Shown here: positions 1 to 14,247 of the stretch, piece by piece
Position numbering within the stretch: position 1 is the stretch's first letter
Layout: each line of letters begins with the position of its first letter
Origin: Eledone cirrhosa
Taxonomy: Eukaryota
Length of the DNA stretch: 64,000 bases
Direction of reading: 5' to 3'
Assembly (NCBI GenBank): GCA_964016885.1
Contig: OZ024740.1
Span: 178,746,001 to 178,810,000 of the forward strand
The notes under the pieces: model-generated
What the model was told of the DNA's origin: nothing
Database searches by the model: none
The model's input: only the letters and a program-made list of their open reading frames with translations
Translations under genes and position numbers: made by a program

Positions 1-1482
1 GAATGATTTAAGACGAAAGAATAGCATTTGAGAGAGATTTGGTTGATAATACTATCCCATCTATCAACATGTGGAGACTCCCACACCGCTTCATTTATCT
101 AGGTTATTGTTCTTGCTTTTGTTTATCCCAAAGTCGGATCGGATTATGGGTATTTATCAAAAGGATTCCTGTGTTAATGAGGCTGTGGTGAATTGGCTGC
201 AATATTAGGTTGAACAATCACGTGTAGGCTTCCTCATACTTTCGGTCACGTTATCATTACAAGTACATCTGGTGTCAAAATCACCTTTTCTACTCTAACT
301 GTTGCTGTAAAATGTGGCAGGTCCGGTCTAAAATATAAATAATTAACTTTCCAGTAAGTATTACGCGATTAGTTTAAACAGTAGAATAGCAAGTTACACT
401 ATCCAAAAACACAAAAGAAACCGTCATATTAGCTATACATTTATTTTGGTTGAATATCAGTGAACAGGTAGGGTGTGATTTTTTCAGAGGGATTTAGCTG
501 TTCTTTCTAACAAGTTGTACATGCGTGTACAGTCTGTCTCGTTTGTCTATTTAGTCGATCATATTTAATATTTAACAATCCTCTACCATTGAATGCTCAT
601 TAATGCGGGTTGTTCTACACAATATCATAACAAAGAATAAAATAAAACAGATTCAGCTGGATTGATCATATTGAGCAGTCCAACCAAAATTGCCCTAAAC
701 TTACAGAGATTGAATTGCTGTTTTGTCAGAATAAATCAATAATTTTGTAACACATTAACAAACTTAACATGATCAAATCCAGGATTTACATTATCGTTTA
801 CATTATATATATTTATTTTTCCTTTTAATTAACTATATTGTAGCAATGTCAGATTTTATCTTTAGTTTTATTAATGACCAGCAGAAATATAAACAGCAAA
901 TCGATATTTTAAACATATCGATTTCGGAAGCAAGTTTCCAATTTTTTATCACGTGTTTTACAAGAAATAATCTCTTGTTATACAATATTTAATCTCTTTT
1001 CCCAAACACACCAGCAACAATTATAGAATGTTAATATCATTTAGAAATATAAAAGCCTCGGACATATGCCACATAGTATTTGACCTGGATCTTATCCTTC
1101 TGAGATCAAATGACGCCAGAACTAATAATATAAAACCAAAAGGAAACTACACTGATGCCTGTGTTTTTATTGGCAGCCTGACAATAAATGTTTCAACACA
1201 ATTTTCCACTAAGAAATTTGCAAAACAAATAAAAAGACGATATATATATATTAAAAAAATGTAGGCATAACTAAAAGAGCAAGCAACACATAATGAGGAA
1301 ATTAAATGATGCCGATGGGTCGCGAATCCTCTTCCCGCCATGACTCGGAATCTGGCAAGCGAGCCGCACCTCATTCGCCTTCATCACAAGGATGAAGCCG
1401 TTGACCACTTGAAAGATTGTTACCAAGATGACAAAGGAGTCTCATCTACCCCAGATTTGAAATCCGACTGATCTTACTAGGC

Positions 1483-1592
1483 AGAAGAAGAAGAAGAAGA
1501 AGAAGAAGAAGAAGAAGAAGAAGAAGAAGAAGAAGAAGAAGAGAAGAAGAAGAAGAAGAAGAAGAAGAAGAAGAAGAAGAAGAAGAAGAAGA
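1483..1592 (+). repeat. (GAA)n microsatellite
   Basis: Seen directly. Confidence 0.98.
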
Positions 1593-2191
1593 AATTGATC
1601 GACAAGATCCCAGACCTCATTCACTTACCGATTGCGGTGGAGGGCCACAAATCGGACCAAGAAACAATGACGAAGTAGAAGAGAGAATTATTTGAAATTT
1701 TACTTCTAGTTATAAGATACCAATAGTAAATATAGCACTTGAAACTTGCGTAATAGCGATATTTTATTTTCTAGCATAAAAAACGTAAACGGCATTTCAA
1801 ATAATCTTCATAAGATCATGTCTACATACTTTTGCATCTGTATGCGTGTGTTCGTATATATATATATATATATATAAATACCAGGAGTACTTTTGTGATA
1901 TAAATTATCAGTTCAGAAAATTAAAAAGAAACAGGGGTAATTGTAAAGAACTATTACCGATGACTAAAACTGCTGATGGTGGATGTCATCGGTGATATTT
2001 GGTAGTGTTAAGGTAAGTATTGTAACTTAACCTACCATGATAACTTGCCAAAGGGTGTCAGCCTAAGTCTCAAAGCTCTTACACATGAATATGTACTGGC
2101 AAAAAGGTTAGACGCCGAAAATTTATGACATTCAGCTGGGAAATTCAGAATTAGCTGTAGTTATGATTTCGCAATTAGGTCTGCCAAAGTT

Positions 2192-2221
2192 GGGGTGCGC
2201 CTTATATGCCGGAAATACGGT
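2192..2221 (-). mobile_element. Isolated Tc2/pogo-like terminal inverted repeat
   Basis: Reverse complement reads CCGTATTTCCGGCATATAAGGCGCACCCC. Confidence 0.45.
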
Positions 2222-2370
2222 GTAAAAATATGTATATATCGATCTGCTAACATGTAGATCTGACTGATCAGCCAGTCTGCTAATATGCAAATCAGGCCGA
2301 TCAGTCACTGTGTATTTTTGAAAATAGCATATATTTTCACTAGCTCTGACAGTTTGACAGGTGAATAGTG

Positions 2371-2418
2371 GGCTGTACTGATGAAGGGTGATACCCAGAA
2401 ATATTAGCGTCTGTAGTT
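2371..2418 (+). ncRNA. Degenerate hammerhead motif
   Basis: ggctgta-CTGATGA-a-GGGT gat ACCC-a-GAAA-tattagc-GTC-tgtagtt (stem I rich in G-U pairs). Confidence 0.5.
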
Positions 2419-3370
2419 CTGTTCACATACCAACACAAGAGCAAGAATGAAGTGTTCATTCTACTGACATGGCTATGAAATTGAGACTTGTTTGCATAAT
2501 TGCAAACATATTCGAAAAACTCAGATTACATTTATTGTATTCAGCCATGTAGAGCGAAAATTTATATATAAATATAATGTATTTATATATTTACTCTCAT
2601 ATATTTACTCTTGGTGCAACAGATATGAACTTCCCGATATAAGGTTTTACTCGCATTGTTTATTTTTTTTATATATGAATATTGATTGTTTCTTGTATCT
2701 CATTCTGTTATTTTGCCCGAGAAAATATGTGTCATCAAACGATGTACACACATGGATATTTTTTCAAATTCCAATTGAGTTCTAGCACGTGAACTGAATT
2801 CCTTTTAGAATTCATTGTCCTGCGCAGGTAATGTTTTTTTTTGCGGTAGTCTTCTTCATCATTTTTGAATCAGTTTGAGAATTTGTTTAGAACTGCTAGA
2901 ATAGCAACCTGGCAGCTACCTCAAGCACTGATGGTGATTATCACTAGATACTGATGTTGATTTGATTATCAATATTAGTATTATTGGGCACCCACTGAAG
3001 AATTATAAGAGCCCACTTGAATAAGTATCTGCTGATCTTATACAAGCTTCTGCATAAATTGGTATAATTTCACCGAAATTGTAGGAATCTTATGATGAAA
3101 CGAGACGTCCGTCTGGGAAGAGATATATTCGATATATGTCATGAAATAATACAGCCAATTTTCCACACAATACAATTAGTTAGCACCCCGAACATTTAAT
3201 TAGGAATATACTCACTTATTTCCTAATGTTTGTTGAGTGAGTTGGGATTTGGCCGGAGTATCGCTATTAGCGTTCTCCGATAATGTATTTATATATATAT
3301 ATATAGAAGTGGTAACACAACAGTTAGTTCTGTTGTCTACCACTACGGATATTACCTTCCAGTGTTCTAA

Positions 3371-3433
<63 letters not shown>

Positions 3434-3494
3434 ATATATGTGTGTGTTAGTATATATTACCCTATAAGCCAACAAACATGACAACACACACTCA

Positions 3495-3583
<89 letters not shown>

Positions 3584-3588
3584 ATATT

Positions 3589-3694
<106 letters not shown>

Positions 3695-4189
3695 TAATAA
3701 TAATAATAATAATAATATTTTTAAAACACCATGATTTGTATGACAATATTTTGGCCAAAAAAACTAGTGTTTCCTTTATTCAAATACATCAAGATGATAT
3801 AGATATTAAATTTTCATTCTTTGAAATCTTTATACAACAGTGCAAAAATCGAGAGTTTTTGCTATCACGATTTTTAACAATTGTTTTCTATACTACAGTA
3901 GATGAAGTTTTCTGGAGATTTCTTTTCAGCATCTGTTTTCTATTGCACCTTTTTGGAAATGAAAACATTATCAAATCTAGTGGAAACTGGATTTCCACAT
4001 TTTTGTCAAGAAAACATGAACATTTTGAACGTTCGTTTGTAGCATTGAGATTTCGTATAATGCTTTTTTCCGTAAGGATCGAGCCAGTTGTCGTAATATA
4101 GAACGCAGCAGGCACAGCTATACAGCTCTGCACCTATGCTTTGACACACAATTGATCTAACAAATATAGTAACGAAATTCTCCACAAAT

Positions 4190-4263
4190 TTCACACTAAC
4201 CTCTACATACGTAAGTACGCGATAAAAGGATTTGGAATATATTAAACTTGAATATACACACAC

Positions 4264-4347
<84 letters not shown>

Positions 4348-4405
4348 GTTTAATATATTCCAAATCCTTTTATCGCGTACTTACGTATGTAGAGGTTAGT
4401 GTGAA
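4190..4405. repeat. ~65-bp inverted repeats flanking a (TA)n tract
   Basis: ttcacactaacctctacatacgtaagtacgcg...cgcgtacttacgtatgtagaggttagtgtgaa. Confidence 0.9.
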
Positions 4406-4617
4406 TCTTTTTTGTATAGCAAACCATGTAAACCTTCTTTCCTGATTTATTATTACTCCAAGTGTTTACAACATAGGAATTACAGCATACCCGCAGCATC
4501 ACTATGAAAACGCCTTGTTGAGTCAAACCAAGCCAAGCGTTAATATCATCCACTACCTGGAATACCATAACTGGACTTCACCTAAGTGGACTGCTTTTAA
4601 CTATTATTTGTTAATCC

Positions 4618-4710
<93 letters not shown>

Positions 4711-4770
4711 TATAAATCTGGAAGGTAATATCCGTAGGGGTAGACCACTCAGTCCATGAGACGAGTTAGG

Positions 4771-5313
4771 TAGAAGTAGTAAAACAACAGTTAGTTCACC
4801 ATACCGAGAACAATTGTTTCACCTTAGCGGACCTTCAACTCGTACTGGTCATGGTTATACGGAACAGGAAGAACAACCGTATGAACGCGCATGCGCAGAA
4901 ACGGTCACTTCACCCAAGCGATACAATGCCACAGGCAAAAAGTGTAAGGGAGATAACTGCAAAAGTCCGGAAAAGATGTTCGAGTTCATAAGAAAATTAG
5001 AATGTTGTATCCAATCCGGAGCTTTGTAGTTATGCAAGAGCTGTTTCCAGACATGTGGACAACGTGAGAAGATTTCCTACTTGAATTGAATCAATCCTAT
5101 TGCGTAACCTCCTTAGAATATTTATCCTTTCTTCAATACACAGTCTACAAGACGGATTGCCGCTAGCGTATGGCTTGGACCTAGTGATGGCTTTCCCTTG
5201 AATGGAGTAGTCGATACCTGAGTCTTTGAGGGACTATGCGTGGCTCGCGAGTTTCGTGGATGAACGTTTGTTCGACATGAACCGACCTTTAGGTCCACTT
5301 AAAGTGCTACTGC

Positions 5314-5317
<4 letters not shown>
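4771..5317. mobile_element. Non-autonomous DNA element with short terminal inverted repeats; diverged copy at ~57785-58095
   Basis: TAGAAGTAGTA...TACTGCTTCTA ends. acaacagtta(g/a)ttcaccat..ccgagaa..ttcaccttag and cgtatggctt(g/a)gac are shared. Confidence 0.5.
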
Positions 5318-5374
<57 letters not shown>

Positions 5375-5378
<4 letters not shown>

Positions 5379-5892
5379 TAAACGGAATAGAAAATGCTGA
5401 CAAATTGTTCACAGTGAAAAATAGTTTAATTAGGAATAAGTGAGAATTAGTAATAGTATTGGTTAGTATTCAGTTTTGGTTTTAAGTTTTACCGGTTGCG
5501 CATTTCTAATGCTTTTCAAAAATAATTTTGAGATAGAGCGTCCGTGGTGTTTGCTCTGATCGGATTAGTTTTGGGAATTCTACCTGTTTTTATGTTAAAA
5601 AAGTGGCTCCAGCGGTATTAAAATAAGTTTTGCGCCAATTCGTGTTGCAAAAATTCTTGTGGTCAAAACAATTTTGATTGGTCGGTAGAGGTCATGTGAA
5701 TGTAAAAAGTTGATTTTGCGCCAAATGTAGGTTTGTGTCGGCTGACTGAGAAATAAGTCTTTCACAACAAATATGTGTGTGTGTGTGTGTGTGTAGTAGT
5801 AGTTATAGTAAAGAGGTTCGTTGTTGTGATAATGGTCAGCAGGGATGTGTGTGCGGACCACAGCCTGTTGACAGTTCAAATGCCTATTAAGA

Positions 5893-5991
<99 letters not shown>

Positions 5992-6098
5992 CAGAGTAAT
6001 TCGTGGTAGAGGGATGGTCAGTAGGAATGTGTCTGTAAGAGTGTGGGGGATATTTTAACATTTTAAAAGATATTTTTCAGCTCTTGCCTTATACGTAG

Positions 6099-6136
<38 letters not shown>

Positions 6137-8655
6137 CTCTAAGTATGTTAATGTACGCGTGTGTATGTGTGTGTGTGTATATGTGTGTGTGTGAGAATGT
6201 GTGTGTGTGGGTGGACCAGTATTTTTTTCTGGTAAAATGGTGTACATTATTCGATATTTTCAGTAAAATCGATTCCCTCAATAGAACATCAAAAACCTTA
6301 ATAATAAAAGGTGTGAAATGATATATAGTATTGGCATAATACCAAGGTGTGTGTGAGTGTGTGTGTGTGTCCAGATTGTACGTACTGCAAGGGGGATCCA
6401 TTAGCCCTTGCCGTATTGGAATACCTGTGCACAAATAACATCAGCAGACAACCCCTCTACCCCAAACATTTTTTAGACACACCACACAGATACAGGCAAA
6501 CAAAATAACACAAGACAGGGAGGAGAAACCGATAGTAATAAAAATTATCAATCTTACTAGTGCAGAACCAACACCCAACCTTACCAACTTACTCTCCAAA
6601 GGTCTTAAATTCACACCGACCCCACTACGTCCTAACTACTATGAAATGAAGGAAGACATCACAGACTTCTGTAGAAAGTTACGACTCAGTGAAGAACTAT
6701 TCGAACAGTACAATGAGGGTGAATCATTAGCCAGAAATAGAAGCAATTACACCCCATCAAAGGGTAGAAATAAAATCCTGGACGAATTCTGTGAACACAT
6801 CACAAACTTCCCTTACCAACACTTGCACAGACAAAAACACAAGCCAAACCTCAACAAGAAAGAATGGAAAGAATTAAATAGATTAAAAACCGACAGAACC
6901 ATTACAATTAAAGAGGCTGATAAAGGGAGTACAGTAGTCCTAATGGAGACAGAATTCTATATCAACTTAGCGCTCTCCACTTTGGAAAACGAAACATACT
7001 ACGAAAAGGCTGAACACTACAATCAACAGAAAATTATGAGAAACCTAAAAACTCTGATCAACCAATACAAAGAAGGACTCACTAACAAGGAATTCAGCTT
7101 CATCACAGACTTCACAAGTAAATCCAGCCTTTTCTACGGTATCCCTAAAGTACATAAAAGCGAATTAATAAGTAAGGCATGCAAGGAAGCTACAGACATA
7201 GTCATCAATGTCCCCTCACCCAATGATCTCAAATTAAGACCTATAATAGCAGGCCCCGCTTGCGAAACCCAACGCCTTAGCAACTTCATTGATACCCTTC
7301 TCAAGCCTTTTCTCAAACACATCAAATGCTATATAAGGGACGACCTAGATATGCTCAATCACCTCCCTAATATGCCACTTTCTGAACAAACCGTACTAGT
7401 GACGTTCGATGTAGTCAATCTATACTCTAACACCCCCCACAACCTAGGAATAGAAGCTATCCAATTCTGGCTGGATAATTACCACAATGAACTCCCACAA
7501 CGCATCAAAAAGGAATTCGTGATAGAGGGACTCAAATTTATCTTGGAGAACAATTACTTCGTTTTCAATAACAAACCCTACAGGCAGAAATCTGGGACCG
7601 CTATGGGAACGAAAACAGCCCCCACTTATGCCAACCTAGTCATGGGATACCTGGAAATGACCCTCTACACTAAAGTCCTAAACAAATTTGGAAACACTCT
7701 CCACTTACACATAGAAAGGAACTGGAAGCGATATCTAGATGACTGCTTCATCCTTTGGCACGAAAACATCGAGAAACTTAAAGAATTTCACACCCTTATA
7801 AATGGGCTCAACACGAATATTAACTTCACGATGGAATACAGCCATCAACGACTCCCCTTCTTCGACATCCTCATTAAGATCCATAACAAAAAAATAGAAA
7901 CAGACATATACTACAAGCCCACAAACTCTAAGCAATATCTTCCTTTCAACTCTTGCCACCCTAGACACGTTAAAATTAATATTCCCTACAACTTAGCCAA
8001 GAGAATCTGTACTATAATCTCCAATAAAAACACCTGCTACTTACGGCTACAAGAACTAAAGGACACACTCATAGGCAGGGACTACCCTGCATCACTAATT
8101 GACAATGGAATCCAACGTGCCCTAAAATTCAGTACTCAGGACCTTAGACACCCTAAAGTAAATCAACCGAAACTAAAAGCTCTTCCATACATCTCCACAC
8201 ACAACCCCCTCAACAATGAGGCCTTTGACACCATCCTCCAGAACATCCCTGTGTTGAAAAAGGACCATAGAATGAACCAAATCCTACGAACACACGATAT
8301 CATAAAGAGCAAAAGACAATCTAAGTCAATGAAAAACATCCTAACACATGCCAAAGTACTGCCAACCACAACAACGAAACCCACAGTAAAAAAAATGCGA
8401 TAGACCCAACTGTGGCATTTGCATCAACCTAATAGCGGGTTCGGAATTCTATTTCAAGAAGGACAACGTTTTATAGTAAAACACAATTTCACATGCGCAT
8501 CAGAAAATATTTGCGCATCATAAAAACGGGTAGAATTCCCAAAACTAATCAGATCAGAGCAAACATCACGGACGCTCTATCTCAAAATTATTTTCGAAAA
8601 GCATTAGAAATGCGCGGCCGGTAAAACTTAAAACCAAAACTGTATACTAACAATA
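5375..8655 (+). mobile_element. Penelope-like retroelement (Neptune-like) with inverted pseudo-LTR at 5' end, inserted in (TA)n
   Basis: Contains the RT ORF. 5455-5594 is the reverse complement of 8520-8655. Left end abuts (TA)n. The same terminal sequence forms the palindrome at 56322-56720. Confidence 0.85.
6439..8511 (+). pseudogene. PLE reverse transcriptase ORF (track ORF 6646-8403), frameshifted in the Cys linker and truncated before the GIY-YIG motif
   Basis: Frame is open from 6439 (IINLTS..LLSKGLKFTPTP). Motifs: ADKGS, FYGIPKVHK, LRPII, VTFDVVNLYSN, YRQKSGTAMGTKTAPTYANL, RYLDD, LPFFDI, SCHPRH. After 8395, shifted frames give KCDRPNCGICINL and HNFTCASENI, then the sequence jumps to pLTR. 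Confidence 0.92.
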
Positions 8656-9597
8656 GTTAATAATAGTTAATAGTTAATGCGTAAGGGGAGGTAACTAGCT
8701 GGTTTTCTTAGTTAAATTTATTATCCTAAATTACATTAATGGTGTTTCAAATAAGTGCCTATCATGTGATGTTATAAGTAATTTCTAGATTATGTTACTT
8801 ATCTATAGGTTACAGTGTTGTCTATTAAGAAGTACTAAAGGTGTATATATCAGGATGATTACCTTCTATTAGGGGGTGTCATATCTGAACATTCTATAGC
8901 TACTTACCTCCCCTTACGCATTAATTCCCCTTGGTCACACACACACTTCCGGAATATAATATCATCACACAAAACTAAACAACATGATCTATTAATTAAG
9001 AATCGACAAGATACTGTTTATAACTTGGTTATATGCTGAACCATCGTGGATTATATAATAGACCCGTGGTCTATATATTGCGTCTCATGGATTATGTGAG
9101 TGGTGGTGTGCGCGAAGACAGTGGCACTGTTTTGCCTACGATATAATATCTTTTATAATATGTTTGATATTTTTGATATTTTGGTGTTTCTCTACATTCG
9201 GGACTGTTTATCATACAGGTGTATGCGAAAAAATGATTTAATAATTCAGCCCACATAATAATATCGATTGCCTGCTTCAACTGCCTGACCCTGCCAGTAA
9301 CAATCTGACGCACTCTAATCCTGTATAAATAAGACACGCGTGCATGCTACACGTGAGATTGTTTCATACACTGACTACTCTAAACTTTCCTCTTGCTTTA
9401 TCTTCACAAACTGCCAATGCTTCATTTTTATTTATATTTTTATTTATATTTTTATTTTTATCCTTTAACCTTTATATGTAAATTGCCATGCTATATCATT
9501 TTGATGTCTGTCATCCCACTGTGGGTCAATATGTGCATATGTTTTTATATGTCTCTTGTGTTGAAAAGGAGGTCAAGTATGTTATAGATCACTAAAT

Positions 9598-9650
9598 AGT
9601 TGCTCCGAAGAATCCAAACCTCGGTTTGGAGGAAACAATTGTAAGCAAAT
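9598..9650 (+). ncRNA. Minimal type-I hammerhead ribozyme motif (core variant CCGAAGA)
   Basis: ttgct-CCGAAGA-a-TCCAAACC tc GGTTTGGA-g-GAAA-CAATTG-TA-agcaa. Confidence 0.7.
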
Positions 9651-9682
9651 AAATGATTTAAACTGAACTTTGATTATTGTAA

Positions 9683-9782
<100 letters not shown>

Positions 9783-10917
9783 ATATATATTAGATATATG
9801 TTATATATATTATATATATGTTATATATATTATATGTTAATCTGTCGATACAATAGCTACAGTTTTCATAACTCAGACTTCTGGCTGGGAATGTTGCCTT
9901 ACAATGAAACCTATGCGTGTTCTCCAATTGAATTTGTTCAGCAAATTGTAAACAACGAGATCGAAATTACTGGATAATTATGTAAACCCGTATTATTATA
10001 ATTAACTTCGAAAATGTTTTCTTTAATTATGGTCAAGTGCTCCATATTGATGAAGTCATGCTGCTATATTAAGCGGTACAGCCAACCTCATTCAGTCCAC
10101 TACTGTTGCTGTCATTTGCTGACCGAGTAGCAATTACTACCAAACGTGGGAACGGGCACTAACTTCAACATTTAGTGCAACGTCGGTTTTCAGAAACCCC
10201 TCAACTACTGGTCAATGACCGGAAATTGTTGGTTATAGCTGATCACTCAACCACCCTCAGCTTCCTCTTTACATATTAACCCTTCCACTCACTACCAATA
10301 TCATCACTTTACGAACACCCCATTTTATCCAGTTCTTCATATAAACTCATACTTTCCACCAATTTATACAATTATCTCCCTCATGTTTATTTATTTATTT
10401 ATTTTGATTCGTACTACCCCACCCCTTTTTTCTGCCATACTTTTAACACATACACACCTACCACCTTCATTCTGTCCACCTATTATACCCACCCCTTGTT
10501 TTACACAGATCACTTTATAAACACATACCTTTTATCCAGATCTATTTATAAAGATTTACTTTCTACCACAACTATTAATTTGCACACTTTTTTCTCCCCC
10601 ACATATTGATTTTATATTATTTTAGTTATAGCGTCCCCCATTTCCTTACATACCCACCATGTTTTAAGTGTATATACCTTTTTAATTTTATTTTTATGTC
10701 ATTTTTATAATTGAGTGTGTTTCCTCACTTAGTTCCCCTATAATGTTTGTCTTAAGTATGTGTATACCCATATGTACATATGTATGCGTGCGTACACATG
10801 TGTTTACATGTACGTGTGGGTACGTATATGTATGTATGTGTACGTATGTATATGGGGTTGCTTGTATACATCTATGTGCGTGTACATGCCTACGGTTGTA
10901 TGTGGGCGTATGTGTGT

Positions 10918-10973
<56 letters not shown>

Positions 10974-11180
10974 GTATATCTATAAATATAATTTTTTACT
11001 TGCATTTCATTACTTGTATTCATGTTCTTTTGCGCGTGGATCTGTGTTTATATCTTTACCAATTTTGCGTCCTAGTTTGTGTCTATATATATGCATGCGA
11101 ATATATGTATGTGTGTATGTGTGTACTACGTGTGTGTGTATATATTTACGTGTATGTACATGTATGTGTGTGTATGTTTG

Positions 11181-11256
<76 letters not shown>

Positions 11257-11417
11257 TATATATATATAAATGGAAAAAATGAAACGAAATTTCATTTCCA
11301 ACTCTTAGTGCGCCTGGCCGATTAACTCAGTCGATATGCAAATTAGGCTGCTCAGGCGTTAATATGCATAAGGAAAGTATATACTTTCAGACGTTCAATC
11401 ATCTGGCAGGAAGGTAT

Positions 11418-11460
11418 ACGGTGCTGACGATAGCTAAAAAGCTTGAAACTAGTACATTGT
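11418..11460 (+). ncRNA. Minimal type-I hammerhead ribozyme
   Basis: acggtg-CTGACGA-tAGCT aaaa AGCTt-GAAA-CTAG-TA-cattgt. Same family at 46364-46406(-) and 46895-46937(+). Confidence 0.8.
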
Positions 11461-11667
11461 TCCTTTGTCAGTGTTGAACAAAAGGGCAACGATGGTTGGT
11501 AAACACAGTACGGCTTAATTCAGGATGTTTGTTTACAAACAAACCGAGCATTATAATAAATGTTCGGTAAATCCATACCTACATATATATATGTGTGCAT
11601 GTATGTATATATATATATACATACTACTGTACGTCTGTATACATATATGTATGTACGTATACATACT

Positions 11668-11703
<36 letters not shown>

Positions 11704-11733
11704 TACTTATATATATATATATGTATATATATG

Positions 11734-11825
<92 letters not shown>

Positions 11826-11944
11826 TATACATATATGTATGTGTGTGTAAACATTTATACGTATGTTCGTGAGTGTAAGCATTTATACGTATGTAGACTT
11901 TGTGTGTGCGCGTATATAAGTATTTTGATTCGTTGTAAGAATGT

Positions 11945-12133
11945 GCGTAGACGTATGCATATAACTGTACACACGTACACATACATATACACACATATAT
12001 ATATATACATATATATATATACATACATATATATATATAAATATATGTATATGTATGTATATATATATATGTACATATATATATGTGTGTATATGTATGT
12101 GTACGTGTGTACAGTTATATGCATACGTCTACG
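11945..12133. repeat. Palindrome of degenerate (RY)n sequence
   Basis: cgtagacgtatgcatataactgtacacacgtac...gtacgtgtgtacagttatatgcatacgtctacg. Confidence 0.8.
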
Positions 12134-12519
12134 TATCCGTATGTATACTTATGCGCGTGTGACCCTTTTTGTTTTGTCCTCTCACATATATTGTTACGTG
12201 TGTGTGTAAATATTAATGTGTGAACGCATATATATGTATGTGCATGTACGTGCATGTGTATATGTATCCGTATGTATGTGTACATATATATATATAGATA
12301 ATTATATTGATAAATATATACATATATTGATAAATACATTTTGTCTATATGTGTATATATTTATAATTATGGTTATGTTTATATTATAAAGTTTTATCTA
12401 TGTATATATTTGTGTGCGTGTTTATGTATATATATGATTATTTTTTATGTGTGTGTATATATATATATATGTATGTGTCTGTTTCTCTCTCTATATATAT
12501 ATATGCGTATGTGGGTATG

Positions 12520-12561
<42 letters not shown>

Positions 12562-12577
12562 CACATACGCATATATA

Positions 12578-13247
12578 TGGATTTTACCATAAATTCCAAG
12601 GGTCCAGGTTAGTTATATATATGTGTATATGTATATATATATATGTATGATTATATCATTTATTTTGTCTGACCTGTTTAGCTTGACTTGTCTTTTGGCT
12701 TAGGTGGTTAATGCTTTCTTGGCCGCCTTCTCAGTTTGTATGGCGTTTATAACCTATGTTTATAGCTCTGGTGTTTTAGCCATTGAAGCGCTTGCCAACA
12801 TGACTCCGAATTTGCGTTACGTTTCGCTTTTTCTACCCGCCGGAATGCGATTCTCGCTGAATTTATATTTGTATTAATCTCCCGAGTCTTACAATTAACC
12901 TGTTAATAATTCTATTGACAGATTAATTGCATAAGTTTATTTTGAAAACTACCTGGTTGAGTGCTTATTCGATTTGTGCTATTTATGCAATTTTTTGCAT
13001 GCTTTACACATACTGAATTCATTTGCCAAATTCCGGGGGTTTTCCCCTGTGAGTTACACATGTGCTTTTACAAAACACTGTGTCATCCACAGGACTGGTG
13101 CAGAACAAAATACATGTTGATAACATGATATTCCTCGTTCGATCATTATACCAAAAGCTTATTGTTTTAAGCAGACAGTATTATTAATTTAGGTGTCGCA
13201 GAAACCAAATACTGGATTTTACCCTCGATTCCAAGGGTCCAGGTTTG

Positions 13248-13305
<58 letters not shown>

Positions 13306-13512
13306 ATATATATATATGAATATGTCATTTATTTTGTCTGACCTGTTTAGCTTGACTTCTTTTTTGGCTTAGGTGGTTAATGGCTTCTTCACCGCCTTTA
13401 TAACCTATGTTTATTGCTCTGGTCTTTTTAGCCCATGGAGCGCTTGCCAGCATGACTCGGAATTTGCGTTACGTTTCGCTTTTTCTACCCGCCGAAATGC
13501 GATTCTCGCTAA

Positions 13513-13520
<8 letters not shown>
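12578..13520 (+). repeat. Diverged direct repeats (~12578-12868 and ~13213-13520)
   Basis: tggattttacc..ttccaagggtccaggtt..ttttgtctgacctgtttagcttgac..atgcgattctcgct occurs twice. Confidence 0.85.
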
Positions 13521-13587
<67 letters not shown>

Positions 13588-13654
13588 ATGTGTGTATATA
13601 TATATATATAATATTAAAATATAAATATTAATAAAATACATGTTCTTTTGATCA

Positions 13655-13717
13655 ATTACATTTTATTATACATATTTCGGATGTACAACAGTACGTCCTC
13701 ATCAGACAAAATATAAT
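13655..13717 (-). ncRNA. Minimal type-I hammerhead ribozyme (left arm of fold-back)
   Basis: Reverse complement of 14248-14310. Confidence 0.8.
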
Positions 13718-14247
13718 GATGCATGACATACCATGAGATGTTAAATGGTTAAGATTTAATCAAGGTAGTGATTAACCCGAGAGAAAATTTTACTTATATA
13801 GCCTAAGAAAATGAGAAAATGCGAAAACGTAATAAATTCATTAGAGAATGTGTGAGTAAGAAAACACGTTGCTTACTGTAACTGTTCTAAAAGTTTTTAA
13901 AATGTATGATACTACGATATATCTAGGAAAACGTCTCATAAATAATGAAAGCCAGTGATAGCCACTGGAAACGGATTTATAAAGAGGGAAAGATAATGGG
14001 TGGCTATCACTGGCTGTTATGATTCATGACACGTTTTCCTAGATATATCGTAGTATCATACATTTTAAAAACTTTTAGAACAGTTACAGTAAGCAACGTG
14101 TTTTCTTACTCACACATTCTCTAATGAACTTATTACGTTTTCGCATTTTCTCATTTTCTTAGGCTATATAAGTAAAATTTTCTCTCGGGTTAATCACTAC
14201 CTTGATTAAATCTTAACCATTTAACATCTCATGGTATGTCATGCATC

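Noticed and set aside
1442-1624. Poly-Leu/Phe ORF (also 21596-21844 and the poly-Arg ORF)
   Set aside because: Translation of (GAA/CTT)n tracts.
1290-1680. Possible decayed RTE 3' end (..PLTT*K.., RLRWRA)
   Set aside because: Motifs are too degraded to call.
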